From contig JAANOX010000278.1 of NCBI GenBank assembly GCA_020184695.1, positions 124,001-188,000 on the forward strand: 64,000 nucleotides of DNA, read 5' to 3'. Made by a program: the position numbers and the translations under genes. Shown piece by piece: positions 45,211 to 57,880 of this stretch; the stretch's first letter is position 1; each line of letters starts with the position of its first letter. The notes beneath the pieces are model-generated. The model was given only the letters and a program-made list of their open reading frames with translations. It was not told where the DNA came from and did no database searches. This stretch comes from Histomonas meleagridis 2922-C6/04-290x (taxonomy: Eukaryota > Protista > Parabasalia).

Positions 45211-46757
45211 TTAATATTTCATACCAAGTGCGATACCATAACCAACTGAACTAATAATTAATACTGCGATAATCATTGTTACCCAACCAATTTTGAAATA
45301 TTCTGGACCTTCTAAAAATGTTTCTTGTGTTAATTGATCTGGATAACCATAAACATGTTTACAAACACCACTAACTAATGCGTTAGGGAATGATGAAATA
45401 TGAAATAGTTGTGCGCCACTAATCATAATTGCACTTAAACAAACAAATAAACTAACATGACCTGTATGTCTTCCTAAGATTGCGATAACTGGATAAAGGA
45501 TTGAAGCAGCTGATGTAGAATTAATTAATGAACCAAGAATACCTTCGATAAGTAAAAAGATAGTTAAAAGTGGCCACATTGGAATAGATTCTAATGCACC
45601 TGATACTGATGAAAGTAAATCAAGAAGTCCGCTTAATTTCATAGCTTCACCAAGTGCAAGTCCTCCACCCATTAATGAAAGTGTTGACCAACGAATACTA
45701 TGAAAATCTTCAGTATTTAACATACCTGATCCAAAAAATGAGATAACTGGGATTAATGCTGTAATACCTACATTACCAAGAACACTTGGAAATGTTTCTT
45801 CAAGTGTCCATAAAACTATAGTTAATATAGTAATAATACATGCATATGTATGTTTAATTGACCATGGATCATATTTTTCATTAGAATTTAATGTAATATT
45901 AATATGATCTGTTAATGGTTTAAAACGTAATATTAAATATAACCATTCTGCTACACAAATTAAGATTGATAATGGAAATCCAAAAACACATCCAATCTGT
46001 AAATGAAATCTTAATCTTTTCTGATGTTTGCATATATTGTAATGCTAATACATTTTGTGGTGATGCTATAGTTGTAGGCATTCCTGCACGATTGCCTCTC
46101 CATGCAATACCAAATAAAAATGCTTTAATAAATGGATCATTAGGATCTAATGAACGAATAATTGGCATCGTTAATGATAATACTAATGTCGTCGATGCTA
46201 CATTAGATAAAAATGCTGCTATAAATAAATTAATTAACATTATCGTTAATAAAATCCACTTAGGATTTTTAGATAAACGTTTAAAAAACGAACCCTAAAA
46301 TACGATCTGTAATACGTAATTTAGATAAACATGCACTCATGGTCATAGATCCTAAAAATACAAAAATAATTGGATCCATAAACTTCCAAGCAAATGTAGA
46401 TGCTAATGTAGATGCACTAATACGAAGACGTGTTTCTGAATCAATACCAACTCCAAACCAAACACATATAATAGGGATTAAATAAGCTGAAGCATATGCT
46501 GGAAGTCCTTCTGTTGACCATAAAAATGCAACAGTAATTAATAATGCAAGACATGTATGTTCTGTTGGATATGATTTTAATATTGGGATAATATAAACAA
46601 CTCCAAAGATTAATCCTGCTATAAGTGGAAGAAATGATACTTTTTGTTTTGGTGGAGTATCAACTGTTAAGTTCTCAGTAGTAAACGCTGATAATTCGTT
46701 GTCACTCTGGAAGATTAATGGTGACGGATCAGTTTGAAGAACAGCTGTGTTGCTCAT
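45211..46757 (-). CDS. SLC13/PHO87-type anion (phosphate/carboxylate) transporter, copy A, frameshifted
   Basis: WSTEGLP, FLGSMTMSACLSK, FLSNVAST, GMPTTIASPQN, MGGGLALGEAM and SSFPNA. Frameshifts at ~46290 and ~45970. No SPX domain. Confidence 0.85.
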
Positions 46758-47407
46758 CTTGAACGGTAGCACTTTTCCATATCGTTTTCATATCGTTTTA
46801 TTATGGTCAAAATTGAATGTGCTTTATCGTTTTAATTCAATAAAAGTGACAAAATATGCCACATGCTTCTTTACAACACATGATATGCCAAATTCTTAAT
46901 TGCAGATAAAGAGAAACTTACGTTTGGACTGTAGCCTATTTTTTCCTCATGGACTAATAAGAAATATCTGGGAAATGTATTAATTTGAATCATGTTTCTG
47001 ATCAAATCGAAGAAACTCTTCGCTGAGGCTTTAGGAATTTTTGGAAACAATCGTTTCCAAAAAATAATACTTCATGTTGGTTGTTGGAAAAAATCATTTT
47101 AATGTTTCAAAATCTTCCCTATGTTCCTTTCTAGGTGATTTTTATTGTTTCGGAGCATGAAACATATCTTGGTTTTAGTTTTTTTGATGGAAGATAGGTT
47201 TTGGATGATCTCTTTTAAAATTTATTGTCAAACGCCACGTCGATCAAATTCAATTTAAATACAAGTGGGATGATTGGAATTGAATGGGATTTTGTGAGGA
47301 GTTAAAATGATTTTTTCGTGTTTGAATTACACCCCATTCATTTTTTCAATTGCGATTGAAAAACTTATTTAATTTTGAGGTTACAGCGATTCAAAAAGTG
47401 AAAAGTG

Positions 47408-48946
47408 ATGGAAGACTCCACTCTCCAGGCCCCTCTCCTTTTACAAAGCGATTCGGAATTATCAGCGTTTACTACTGAGAACTTAACAGTTGATACTCCA
47501 CCAAAACAAAAAGTATCATTTCTTCCACTTATAGCAGGATTAATCTTTGGAGTTGTTTATATTATCCCAATATTAAAATCATATCCAACAGAACATACAT
47601 GTCTTGCATTATTAATTACTGTTGCATTTTTATGGTCAACAGAAGGACTTCCAGCATATGCTTCAGCTTATTTAATCCCTATTATATGTGTTTGGTTTGG
47701 AGTTGGTATTGATTCAGAAACACGTCTTCGTATTAGTGCATCTACATTAGCATCTACATTTGCTTGGAAGTTTATGGATCCAATTATTTTTGTATTTTTA
47801 GGATCTATGACCATGAGTGCATGTTTATCTAAATTACGTATTACAGATCGTATTTCAGGGTTTGTTTTTAAACGTTTATCTAAAAATCCTAAGTGGATTT
47901 TATTAACGATAATGTTAATTAATTTATTTATAGCAGCATTTTTATCTAATGTAGCATCGACGACATTAGTATTATCATTAACGATGCCAATTATTCGTTC
48001 ATTAGATCCTAATGATCCATTTATTAAAGCATTTTTATTTGGTATTGCATGGAGTGGTAATTGTGGAGGAATGCCTACAACTATAGCATCACCACAAAAT
48101 GTATTAGCATTACAATATATGCAAACATCAGAAAAGATTAATATTTCATTTACAGATTGGATGTGTTTTGGATTTCCATTATCAATCTTAATTTGTGTAG
48201 CAGAATGGTTATATTTAATATTACGTTTTAAACCATTAACAGATCATATTAATATTACATTAAATTCTAATGAAAAATATGATCCATGGTCAATTAAACA
48301 TACATATGCATGTATTATTACTATATTAACTATAGTTTTATGGACACTTGAAGAAACATTTCCAAGTGTTCTTGGTAATGTAGGTATTACAGCATTAATC
48401 CCAGTTATCTCATTTTTTGGATCAGGTATGTTAAATACTGAAGATTTTTCATAGTATTCGTTGGTCAACACTTTCATTAATGGGTGGAGGACTTGCACTT
48501 GGTGAAGCTATGAAATTAAGCGGACTTCTTGATTTACTTTCATCAGTATCAGGTGCATTAGAATCTATTCCAATGTGGCCACTTTTTAACTATCTTTTTT
48601 TACTTATCGAAGGTATTCTTGGTTCATTAATTAATTCTACATCAGCTGCTTCAATCACTTTTATCCAGTTATCGCAATCTTAGGAAGACATACAGGTCAT
48701 GTTAGTTTATTTGTTTGTTTAAGTGCAATTATGATTAGTGGCGCACAACTATTTCATATTTCATCATTCCCTAACGCATTAGTTAGTGGTGTTTGTAAAC
48801 ATGTTTATGGTTATCCAGATCAATTAACACAAGAAACATTTTTAGAAGGTCCAGAATATTTCAAAATTGGTTGGGTAACAATGATTATCGCAGTATTAAT
48901 TATTAGTTCAGTTGGTTATGGTATCGCACTTGGTATGAAATATTAA
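47408..48946 (+). CDS. SLC13/PHO87-type anion transporter, copy B, frameshifted
   Basis: Same motifs; intact to 48450, then homopolymer frameshifts between ~48450 and ~48670. Confidence 0.85.
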
Positions 48947-49483
48947 TTTTAAATGAAAATATTTTATATATTTTTGAGTTTGAAATAAAATTTCATATTA
49001 TTTTATAATTTATTTTTTTAAGATGTTCCCATAAGATATTAATGAAATAACTTGAGAAGTAACAAAATTTTTGGTTATGTGAATCTTTAAAAAACTATCG
49101 AATAAGGAATTATCTTTTGAAAAAATGATTATAAATTATTTGGCAAAATGTGTTCCTCGTTAAATAAATTCAACAAGACATCAAAATGAAAATATGAACA
49201 TATAAGTTGGATGATTTATTTTAAATGATTGCAAACAAGAAGTTGAATATAATGAAAGATTATTAAATTATTTTCCTGATTAACCAAAGGTTAATCTTTT
49301 ACTTTATCATTTGGAATCACTTCAAAAATATGGATTTAATTTTAAAGAACTTAATCAACTTATTCATCGCTTTTAATTCATTACCGGGACAAATTTTGAA
49401 ACATTCAATTTTTCTAATCGATTCAGATCAAAATTGAGATTGATTAACGGTGAATCGGTGAAAATTTCTATACGAAACAAAGA

Positions 49484-49930
49484 TTGGAGAATTACTTCAT
49501 TTTTATTTTGATGTCAATGGAAGAACCACTTCTTGCAAATGCTGAAATTGATGTTACAACAGATAATGTAACAGAAATACCTTCACAAGAAAAAATAGAA
49601 ACACAACAAGAAGAAATAAATCTCATTTCATTTGATGAAAATGATGAACAACAAGAACAAAAAGAGAATCAAAAAGAAGAAGAAAAAATAAACATCAATA
49701 ATAAAGACGAAACATCTTCATGTCAAATAATCAAGAATGGATTTATAAGAGCTATTGAATTTGCAGATAGTGTTACATGTCAATGTGTTGATAAAGTAAA
49801 ACAATTACATGTCACGCAAGTCCTTTCTAATGTATTTGGGAAGATGTGTCATGCAGTTGATAATTCCACGATTACAATTTTTCATTTATTCCAAAGTAAA
49901 AGTAAAAAGAATCATTTAAAAACAGAATAA
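49484..49930 (+). CDS. Hypothetical acidic protein, left copy
   Basis: 148 aa ORF, probably starting at MSMEEP; mirrored at 59503-59850. Confidence 0.6.
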   Translation: MENYFIFILMSMEEPLLANAEIDVTTDNVTEIPSQEKIETQQEEINLISFDENDEQQEQKENQKEEEKININNKDETSSCQIIKNGFIRAIEFADSVTCQCVDKVKQLHVTQVLSNVFGKMCHAVDNSTITIFHLFQSKSKKNHLKTE

Positions 49931-50018
49931 ATAATATTTAATAATAATTTTATTTTTAAATTTATGTTTTATGACGACCGTTTACTAAGGATAAACGTTC
50001 TATTAATAAAAGAAAAAA

Positions 50019-51447
50019 ATGAGGAGCAAACCAGTTCTTATTGAAGAAAAGAAAAATTCGAAAGAGAAAGAGAAAGAAAATAATCCTCCTCAAGGAATTA
50101 AAAAAGAAGTTATTTCAAGTATTTCAAACCCACTTTTAACTCCTTTTCATTGGAATGGTTATGATGTATTTTTAATTATGATTCTTGTTATATTAGGTAC
50201 ATTTAGTCGATTTTGGATTATTCAATATCCACGACATCTAGTTTCATTTGAAAGTAACCAAATTCATGTTCTTAATTCGTTTCTTAATGGATCTTTATAT
50301 GTTGATAAACAACCACCATTTGGAAGTTATATTTTATCACAGTTAGCGAAATTTTCGAGTATGATCTTTCATTTGAAATTCTACGAACAGAATATAATTA
50401 TACATATCATAATATGAAATATGTTTCACTTCGTTCTATTCCTGCATTTTTTTCAACATTAACGATTCCAATTTCATATTTTATAGTTCGAAGTTTTGGG
50501 GGTAATCGTTTTACATCATTTTCGACAGGACTTTTTGTAATGTTTGATTTCTTATTGATTTCGCTTGGCCGACATTGTTTTACAGATGGACTTTTTACAA
50601 TTTTTTATTTCAGTTTCAGTACTTTTTTCATCACTTTCTACACATTTTAAAGTTTGAAGTATTTATCACAGTATATTATATTTAATTTCAGTTATTTTTC
50701 AGGATTTTTCATTGTCAACAGAATCTGAATGCTTTTGGAGTTTGCATCTTTTCATTATTATTTAGTCAATTTCGTCTTCGACTTCTTTTAACAGGAATTA
50801 TTATTCCAATTTTTATCTTTTTTATCTCATTTTCTATTCAAGTTATATCAGAGCCATATAAATCAGAGCATTCTTGGTCATTACCACAAGAATATCAAGA
50901 CACATTACTTTCACCAGGACAAATTTATAATATTCAACATAAATTAATTCTTCGACACAGCATTGAACTTATTAGAAATGTTTCGATTACGTCAATTAAC
51001 ATTTGTTGATAAATATGAATGGTATTTATGGAAAATTATGGGATGTAAATGGAATATTTTATGGACACAAATGAATCGATTTGTTTCATCATTTGGTAAT
51101 TTTATTGTTTGGGGCATAATAGTTCTTATTGTAATTTATTTGATTCTTAAAATGCTCATTTCGCCATCGAATTGAAAGACCGCTTGATAAACTTTGTGTT
51201 GGTTATGTTATTTGTTTAATTTATTATATTCAAGGGTTAAATGAACGTGCAATTTGCGATTATGAAATATCAGATCTTTTTGGTCTTTGGCTTTTAGCGC
51301 TTTTTATTGAAACAGAATTTAATGAAAGTGTTTATGGATTTGTTCTTCCATTGTTAAATATTATTACAGTTGTCATTTTTATGGAGTCCATTAGTTTATG
51401 GATATGAACATTTTGATCAACGCTTTCTTCCATATTTTGCAAAATAA
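50019..51447 (+). pseudogene. PMT-like glycosyltransferase, left copy with many frameshifts
   Basis: Fragments 50019-50417, 50414-50650 and 50963-51175 match the intact copy at 57881-59317. Confidence 0.8.
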
Positions 51448-51563
51448 ATTTTAACTTTTATAAATATATTTTTTTTTTTTTCATTTTTTCATTTTTTGTG
51501 ACCAAATAATGATTCAATAATGAAAAGTGACGAAAAATTAATAATTTTTTTCTTCTTTATTTA

Positions 51564-52216
51564 ATGGATTCACAATCATTAGGGATATGTATTTCTATTA
51601 CGAATGAATTTATGTCACGTCCATTAAATGCATAAATCCAGTTAGTAACGACGAGTTAGCCCGGATCTTCTGAGTTAATTCAAACCCTATGGATTTTTCA
51701 CTGATTGAAAGTAAATTAAGCCAACATTTATATCGAAATACATCAGAATGGTATAAAGATGTTTGTTTGATTTATGAGAACGCAGTTCAATATCATACAG
51801 AAACTAGTATTTGGGGTATTATAGCCACACAATTATTACATGATTTTGAAAAGATGGCCAAAGGATTAAATTTTCAAAGTCGTGAAGAATATTTCGAAAG
51901 TCTTTCTAAAGACACGATTAAATATGGGAAGCTTATTTCATCATCACCACATAAAACTGAGAATGATTCATTTCGTCAAGGCTGTATCAAACGCTCAGAA
52001 GGTGTTACTCGTTTTCCACAAGAAAGGTTGGTTATTCTTGATAAACTAACAGAGCATTCAGACGAAGAAATTGTTCGAATTTCTATTCTTTATATTATTA
52101 AAAGCATGCACAAAGATCCACCTTTAACATATGAAGACGACACAGTTACCATTGATTTTGATAAATTGAAAGATCAAACATTAAATGCGTTATATTTATA
52201 TTTTCAAAGTCTCTAA
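51564..52216 (+). pseudogene. Bromodomain plus ET-like protein, left copy with 5' frameshifts
   Basis: Mirrors 57102-57764; indels near 51630-51680. Confidence 0.8.
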
Positions 52217-52354
52217 TAATTTATACATGAATGAATAAATGAATAAATAAATAAATATAATAATAATAATAAAAATATTTTTCTGTTGACAAAAATCAAT
52301 CAAATCAATAAACGTACACCGAGCAATAATTGAATTGGTCAATCAAAAGAAAAG

Positions 52355-53553
52355 ATGGAAACAGTTACATGGGAAATATTAATAAGTTCAGAACCTCGTT
52401 TACTGAGTGCAGCCAAGAAATTATGGCCATCACCAACAAAAATTCAACAAAAAGTTATCCCTTTAGCATTAGAAGGTAAAGATATTTTAGCACGAGCACA
52501 AACGGGTAGTGGTAAAACAGCGTCTTATATTATACCTATTTTAATTGGAATTTTACGTTCACCACTTCCATGGAGTTATAAAGCTTTAATTTTAGTTCCT
52601 ACACGAGAATTATGTAAACAAGTTAAGATGCAATTTGAAGAATTATCACGTTATTGTCATATTTCTATAACACATTTAGGTGATGATGTTTCACTTGCGT
52701 CACAACGAGTTGCTTTAACAGCAAATCCACCCTGCATGTATTATTAGTACACCTGCGTATGTACATTATTATCACTTAATATTTATAAGAATATTTCATT
52801 TTTAGTTATAGACGAGTCAGATCAACAGTTGTTTTAAATTCACAATTACCAGTAGCATCACGTATTCATATTTTACAAGAATTTAATCGTGGTGGTATTG
52901 ATGTATTAGTTGCTATTGATGAAGATAATGAAATTTTTAGTCATGAATTTAGTGCATCACGAGGTATTGATTTTCAAAACATTGATTGTGTTATTAATTT
53001 TGAAGTTCCTAAAACTATTGAACAATATATTCATCGTGTTGGTCGTACAGCACGAGGTATGAAAGAAGGTATTGCTATTACATTTATTAATAATGAGAAA
53101 GATATTGAATTTATAACAGAATATCTTCGAACACAAGAAAACAATGAAATTCGACGATTTGATTTTAATGTTACTGATGCGGAAATCTTTCGATATCGAG
53201 TTAGTTCAGTCTTAGAAAGTATTACGAAGACACAAATTAAATCATCTAAACGCATTGATATTAAACGTGAATTATTAAATAGTGAACGCTTGAAGAGTCA
53301 TTTTGAAGAAAAATCCAGCCGATTTGCAAATGCTTAAACACGATTCGTCACTTCTTCCATCTCGTGTTGACAAGAATCTTCGAGTTTTACCCGATTATTT
53401 AGGTAACCAAATTCGACGGCAGCAAATCCACTCACACAGAGAAGGCGCGCGAAGCGAGTAATTCCACGCACACACGTAATCAATTGCGAAACTGACGGTA
53501 TCAACGCCGCGATTAAGAAACATAAACATAAGAACAAAAATCGACGTCATTAA
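52355..53553 (+). pseudogene. DBP9/DDX56-like helicase, left copy with a 334-bp internal deletion
   Basis: Junction GATCAACAGTT|GTTTTAAATTC at ~52830 removes the SAT motif region; further indels follow. Confidence 0.85.
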
Positions 53554-53779
53554 CATATAAATAGATAAATACATACACAAATATAATGTTATGAAGAATG
53601 ATAAATAATAAATTTAATAAATAATTATTATATAGAAATAATTTGTATTTTATTTTTATTTTTTAATAATTTGATGAAATGTAATATAAAATGTTATACA
53701 TCGATATCAAAAAATATTAAATATTTGGACCTGAATCATCAACTTCAGTCACTGCTCAAAAAACATGAAACTGTTGAAC

Positions 53780-54490
53780 GTAACTCTATATGAAAATGGT
53801 TTTTATTAGAGAAAATGTATATGCAATTGAGAATAATGCATTTTGTTCGTGTAAAAATCATATATTCATTAATGTTACAAATGAAAATTTATATTTTTCT
53901 AATTAAAAACTATGGAATTTTATATGGAAAACACATCAAGATGGTAATGATTAACCTTATGAATACTATCACAAAAAAAGAATACATTTACTAAATCATC
54001 TGATTCCATTTGTTATTTCAAATTTATTTACTTTTTTTTATTCAAATGGTATAAAATTGACTAATACAATAACATTAACACAAACATTCTCTGTTACACA
54101 AATAATTAATTATAATTTGACGTACGATTTCATTTTCTGTTTCTATTTACATTTTTTGTTGAATTATGTTTGGAAATAAATTTTTTCTGAATATATTATT
54201 GTTGTATATTTAATATTTTATATTATGGCAATTTTTTTACAATTATATATATATCAAAGTGAAAAAAACGATAATAAAAACACAATAATAATTATAAGTG
54301 TTTGTGTTGCTGTTGTTGTAATTATAATAATTGCAATACTTGTCATCATTTGTATTCGAATTCATAACAAAAAACAATTAAGTAATGAACTAGAAGTAAA
54401 AAGTTTCCGAGATAATCAATGAATAATATTAATGAAGGCCCATTTGCAGATGATTTTATAGAAGATAAATTTATTTATCATATTTATTGT
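53780..54490 (+). pseudogene. BspA-like surface protein remnant in the palindrome 2 spacer
   Basis: VYAIENNAFCSC..FINVTNEN, TFTKSS, the TM IIIISVCVAVVVIIIIAILVIICIRI (ORF 54225-54422) and the tail EGPFADDFIEDKF; many stops. Confidence 0.75.
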
Positions 54491-55424
54491 ATAAACGCAG
54501 GATGAGCAATTAAGAAAAATTAACAATAATTTCTTTTGATATAAAAAAAAATATATGTTTTACCTTTAAAATCTGTATTGATTAGCCTGTTGTCATGTTT
54601 TCAATACTTCTCAAGCAATATTATAATGTTTGTCTTTTCAAGGGATTTTTTATGTAACTACATAATATCGGTGATTTGAATTAAAATATATTAATAATAA
54701 TTGATGATAGTTGCGATTATTTTATATGTGCATTTATGACATTTCTAATACCAAAAGAAAATCATTAGTTTGAACCGAAATAATAATTAATGATATTGTA
54801 TGTGTTTCGATATACTGTATTTAAAAAATAATCGTGTTGATTTATTTAGGAAAATAATCTTATAAAATTTCCCAACTTGCAAATGTTATTTGTGAAGATG
54901 ATATATAATCCAATTATAAGAACAAATGTATATTATCAAATAATTTTAACTCATTTTAATGGAGTGAAAGTAGGTAATAGTATATTGAGGGTAAATACAT
55001 CAAAATATAAAAATTACATTTAAAGTAACAAGTTATTTTATATCATTATAAGGCTATCAAGCATAAGTTTATAAAATTTACAAGGGAGAAAATGCAATAA
55101 CGAAAGAAAACGCATTCTTGTATATTAAATATTATGAATTAAACTTGGGATGATAAATGATTGATAGAATTTGATTAATGGTCCCAATTTTTTATAGTAT
55201 CCATATTTTTTTGAAGCTATCAATAACGCACATTGAGTTCCTTAACTTGTTTCAATATAAAATTATTTAAAAATATAACATTTTATATTACATTTCATCA
55301 AATTATTAAAAAATAAAAATAAAAATAAAATACAAATTATTTCTATATAATAATTATTTATTAAATTTATTATTTATCATTCTTCATAACATTATATTTG
55401 TGTATGTATTTATCTATTTATATG

Positions 55425-56963
55425 TTAATGACGTCGATTTTTGTTCTTATGTTTATGTTTCTTAATCGCGGCGTTGATACTGTCAAGTTTCGCTAATTGA
55501 TTACGTGTGTGCGTGGAATTCATTTTCGCTTCGCGCGCCTTTTGTGTGAGTGGATTTTGTTGCCGTCGAATTTGGTTACCTAAATAATCGGGTAAAACTC
55601 GAAGATTCTTGTCAACACGAGATGGAAGAAGTGACGAATCGTGTTTAAGCATTTGCAAATCGGCTGGATTTTCTTCAAAATGACTCTTCAAGCGTTCACT
55701 ATTTAATAATTCACGTTTAATATCAATGCGTTTAGATGATTTAATTTGTGTCTTCGTAATACTTTCTAAGACTGAACTAACTCGATATCGAAAGATTTCC
55801 GCATCAGTAACATTAAAATCAAATCGTCGAATTTCATTGTTTTTCTTGTGTTCGAAGATATTCTGTTATAAATTCAATATCTTTTCTCATTATTAATAAA
55901 TGTAATAGCAATACCTTCTTTCATACCCTCGTGCTGTACGACCAACACGATGAATATATTGTTCAATAGTTTTAGGAACTTCAAAATTAATAACACAATC
56001 AATGTTTTGAAAATCAATACCTCGTGATGCACTAAATTCATGACTAAAAATTTCATTATCTTCATCAATAGCAACTAATACATCAATACCACCACGATTA
56101 AATTCTTGTAAAATATGAATACGTGATGCTACTGGTAATTGTGAATTTAAAACTGATGATTTAATACTAAATCGTTCTAAAAATAATCGAACTCGATATC
56201 CATTATTACTATTATTAACAAATAAAAGAATTCGTCGTCCAATACTTCTGTTTTGAAGTAAAGCATAAAATACTTCATATTTACGTTGTTCTTCAACTTT
56301 AATATAATAATGCATTAAATGATTACTACGACTTTCTTCTTGAATATCAATACGAACTGGACAATTTAAAACTAACGTTTGAAGTCGTTCAATTTCATCG
56401 CCTAATGTAGCTGACATTAAAAATGATTGTCGTGTAGATGGAAGTTTGCTAATAATTTGTTCAATGTCTGGGCCATGATCTAATCCTAACTGTTGATCTG
56501 ACTCGTCTATAACTAAAAATGAAATATTCTTATAAATATTAAGTGATAATAATGTAATACGTGCAGGTGTACTAATAATAATTGCGGGTGGATTGGCTGT
56601 TAAAGCAACTCGTTGTGACGCAAGTGAAACATCATCACCTAAATGTGTTATAGAAATATGACAATAACGTGATAATTCTTCAAATTGCATCTTAACTTGT
56701 TTACATAATTCTCGTGTAGGAACTAAAATTAAAGCTTTATAACTCCATGGAAGTGGTGAACGTAAAATTCCAATTAAAATAGGTATAATATAAGACGCTG
56801 TTTTACCACTACCCGTTTGTGCTCGTGCTAAAATATCTTTACCTTCTAATGCTAAAGGGATAACTTTTTGTTGAATTAATGTTGGTGATGGCCATAATTT
56901 CTTGGCTGCATCAAGTAAACGAGGTTCTGAACTTAATAATGTTTCCCATGTAACTGTTTCCAT
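55425..56963 (-). CDS. DBP9: DEAD-box RNA helicase DBP9/DDX56-like, frameshifted near 55880-55930
   Basis: ARAQTGSGKT, PTREL, DESD (DEAD variant), [18 protein letters not shown] and C-terminal [17 protein letters not shown]. Confidence 0.82.
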
Positions 56964-57101
56964 CTTTTCTTTTGAATGACCAAATCAATTATTACACGGT
57001 GGACGTTTATTGATTTGACTGATTTTTGTCAACAAAAAAATATTTTTATTATTATTATTATATTTATTTATTTATTCATTTATTCATTCATGTATAAATT
57101 A

Positions 57102-57764
57102 TTAGAGACTTTGAAAATATAAATATAACGCATTTAATGTTTGATCTTTCAATTTATCAAAATCAATGGTAACTGTGTCGTCTTCATATGTTAAAGGTGG
57201 ATCTTTGTGCATGCTTTTAATAATATAAAGAATAGAAATTCGAACAATTTCTTCGTCTGAATGCTCTGTTAGTTTATCAAGAATGTAACCAACCTTTTCT
57301 TGTGGAAAACGAGTAACACTTTCTGAACGTTTGATACATCCTTGAAGAAATGAATCATTCTCATATTTATGTGGTGATGATGAAATAAGTTTCCCAAATT
57401 TAATCGTTTCTTTAGAAAGACTTTCAAAATATTCTTCACGACTTTGAAAATTTAATCCTTTGGCCATCTTTTCAAAATCATGTAATAATTGTGTGGCTAT
57501 AATACCCCAAATACTAGTTTCTGTATGATATTGAACTGCGTTCTCATAAATCAAACAAACATCTTTATACCATTCTGATGTATTTCGATATAAATGTTGG
57601 CTTAATTTACTTTCAATCTGTGAAAAATCCATAGGGTTTGAAATAACTTCAGAATATCCGGGTAACTCGTCGTTACTAACTGGATTTAAAAAAAATGCAT
57701 TTAATGGACGTGACATAAATTCATTCGTAATAGAAATACATATCCCTAATGATTGTGAATCCAT
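57102..57764 (-). CDS. Small bromodomain plus ET-like domain protein
   Basis: FLNPV..LPGYSEVISNPMDFSQIESKL..LIYENAVQYH and C-terminal TIDFDKLKDQTLNALYLYF. Confidence 0.85.
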   Translation of the reverse strand: MDSQSLGICISITNEFMSRPLNAFFLNPVSNDELPGYSEVISNPMDFSQIESKLSQHLYRNTSEWYKDVCLIYENAVQYHTETSIWGIIATQLLHDFEKMAKGLNFQSREEYFESLSKETIKFGKLISSSPHKYENDSFLQGCIKRSESVTRFPQEKVGYILDKLTEHSDEEIVRISILYIIKSMHKDPPLTYEDDTVTIDFDKLKDQTLNALYLYFQSL

Positions 57765-57880
57765 TAAATAAAGAAGAAAAAAATTATTAATTTTTCGTCA
57801 CTTTTCATTATTGAATCATTATTTGGTCACAAAAAATGAAAAAATGAAAAAAAAAAAAATATATTTATAAAAGTTAAAAT

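Larger units (their letters stand above)
45135..49021. repeat. Palindrome 1: inverted arms 45135-46697 and 47456-49021 with a 758-bp unique spacer
   Basis: The arms are near-identical reverse complements. Inner boundary at GAATTATCAGCG; outer boundary in the AT-rich 3' flank of the genes. Confidence 0.95.
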
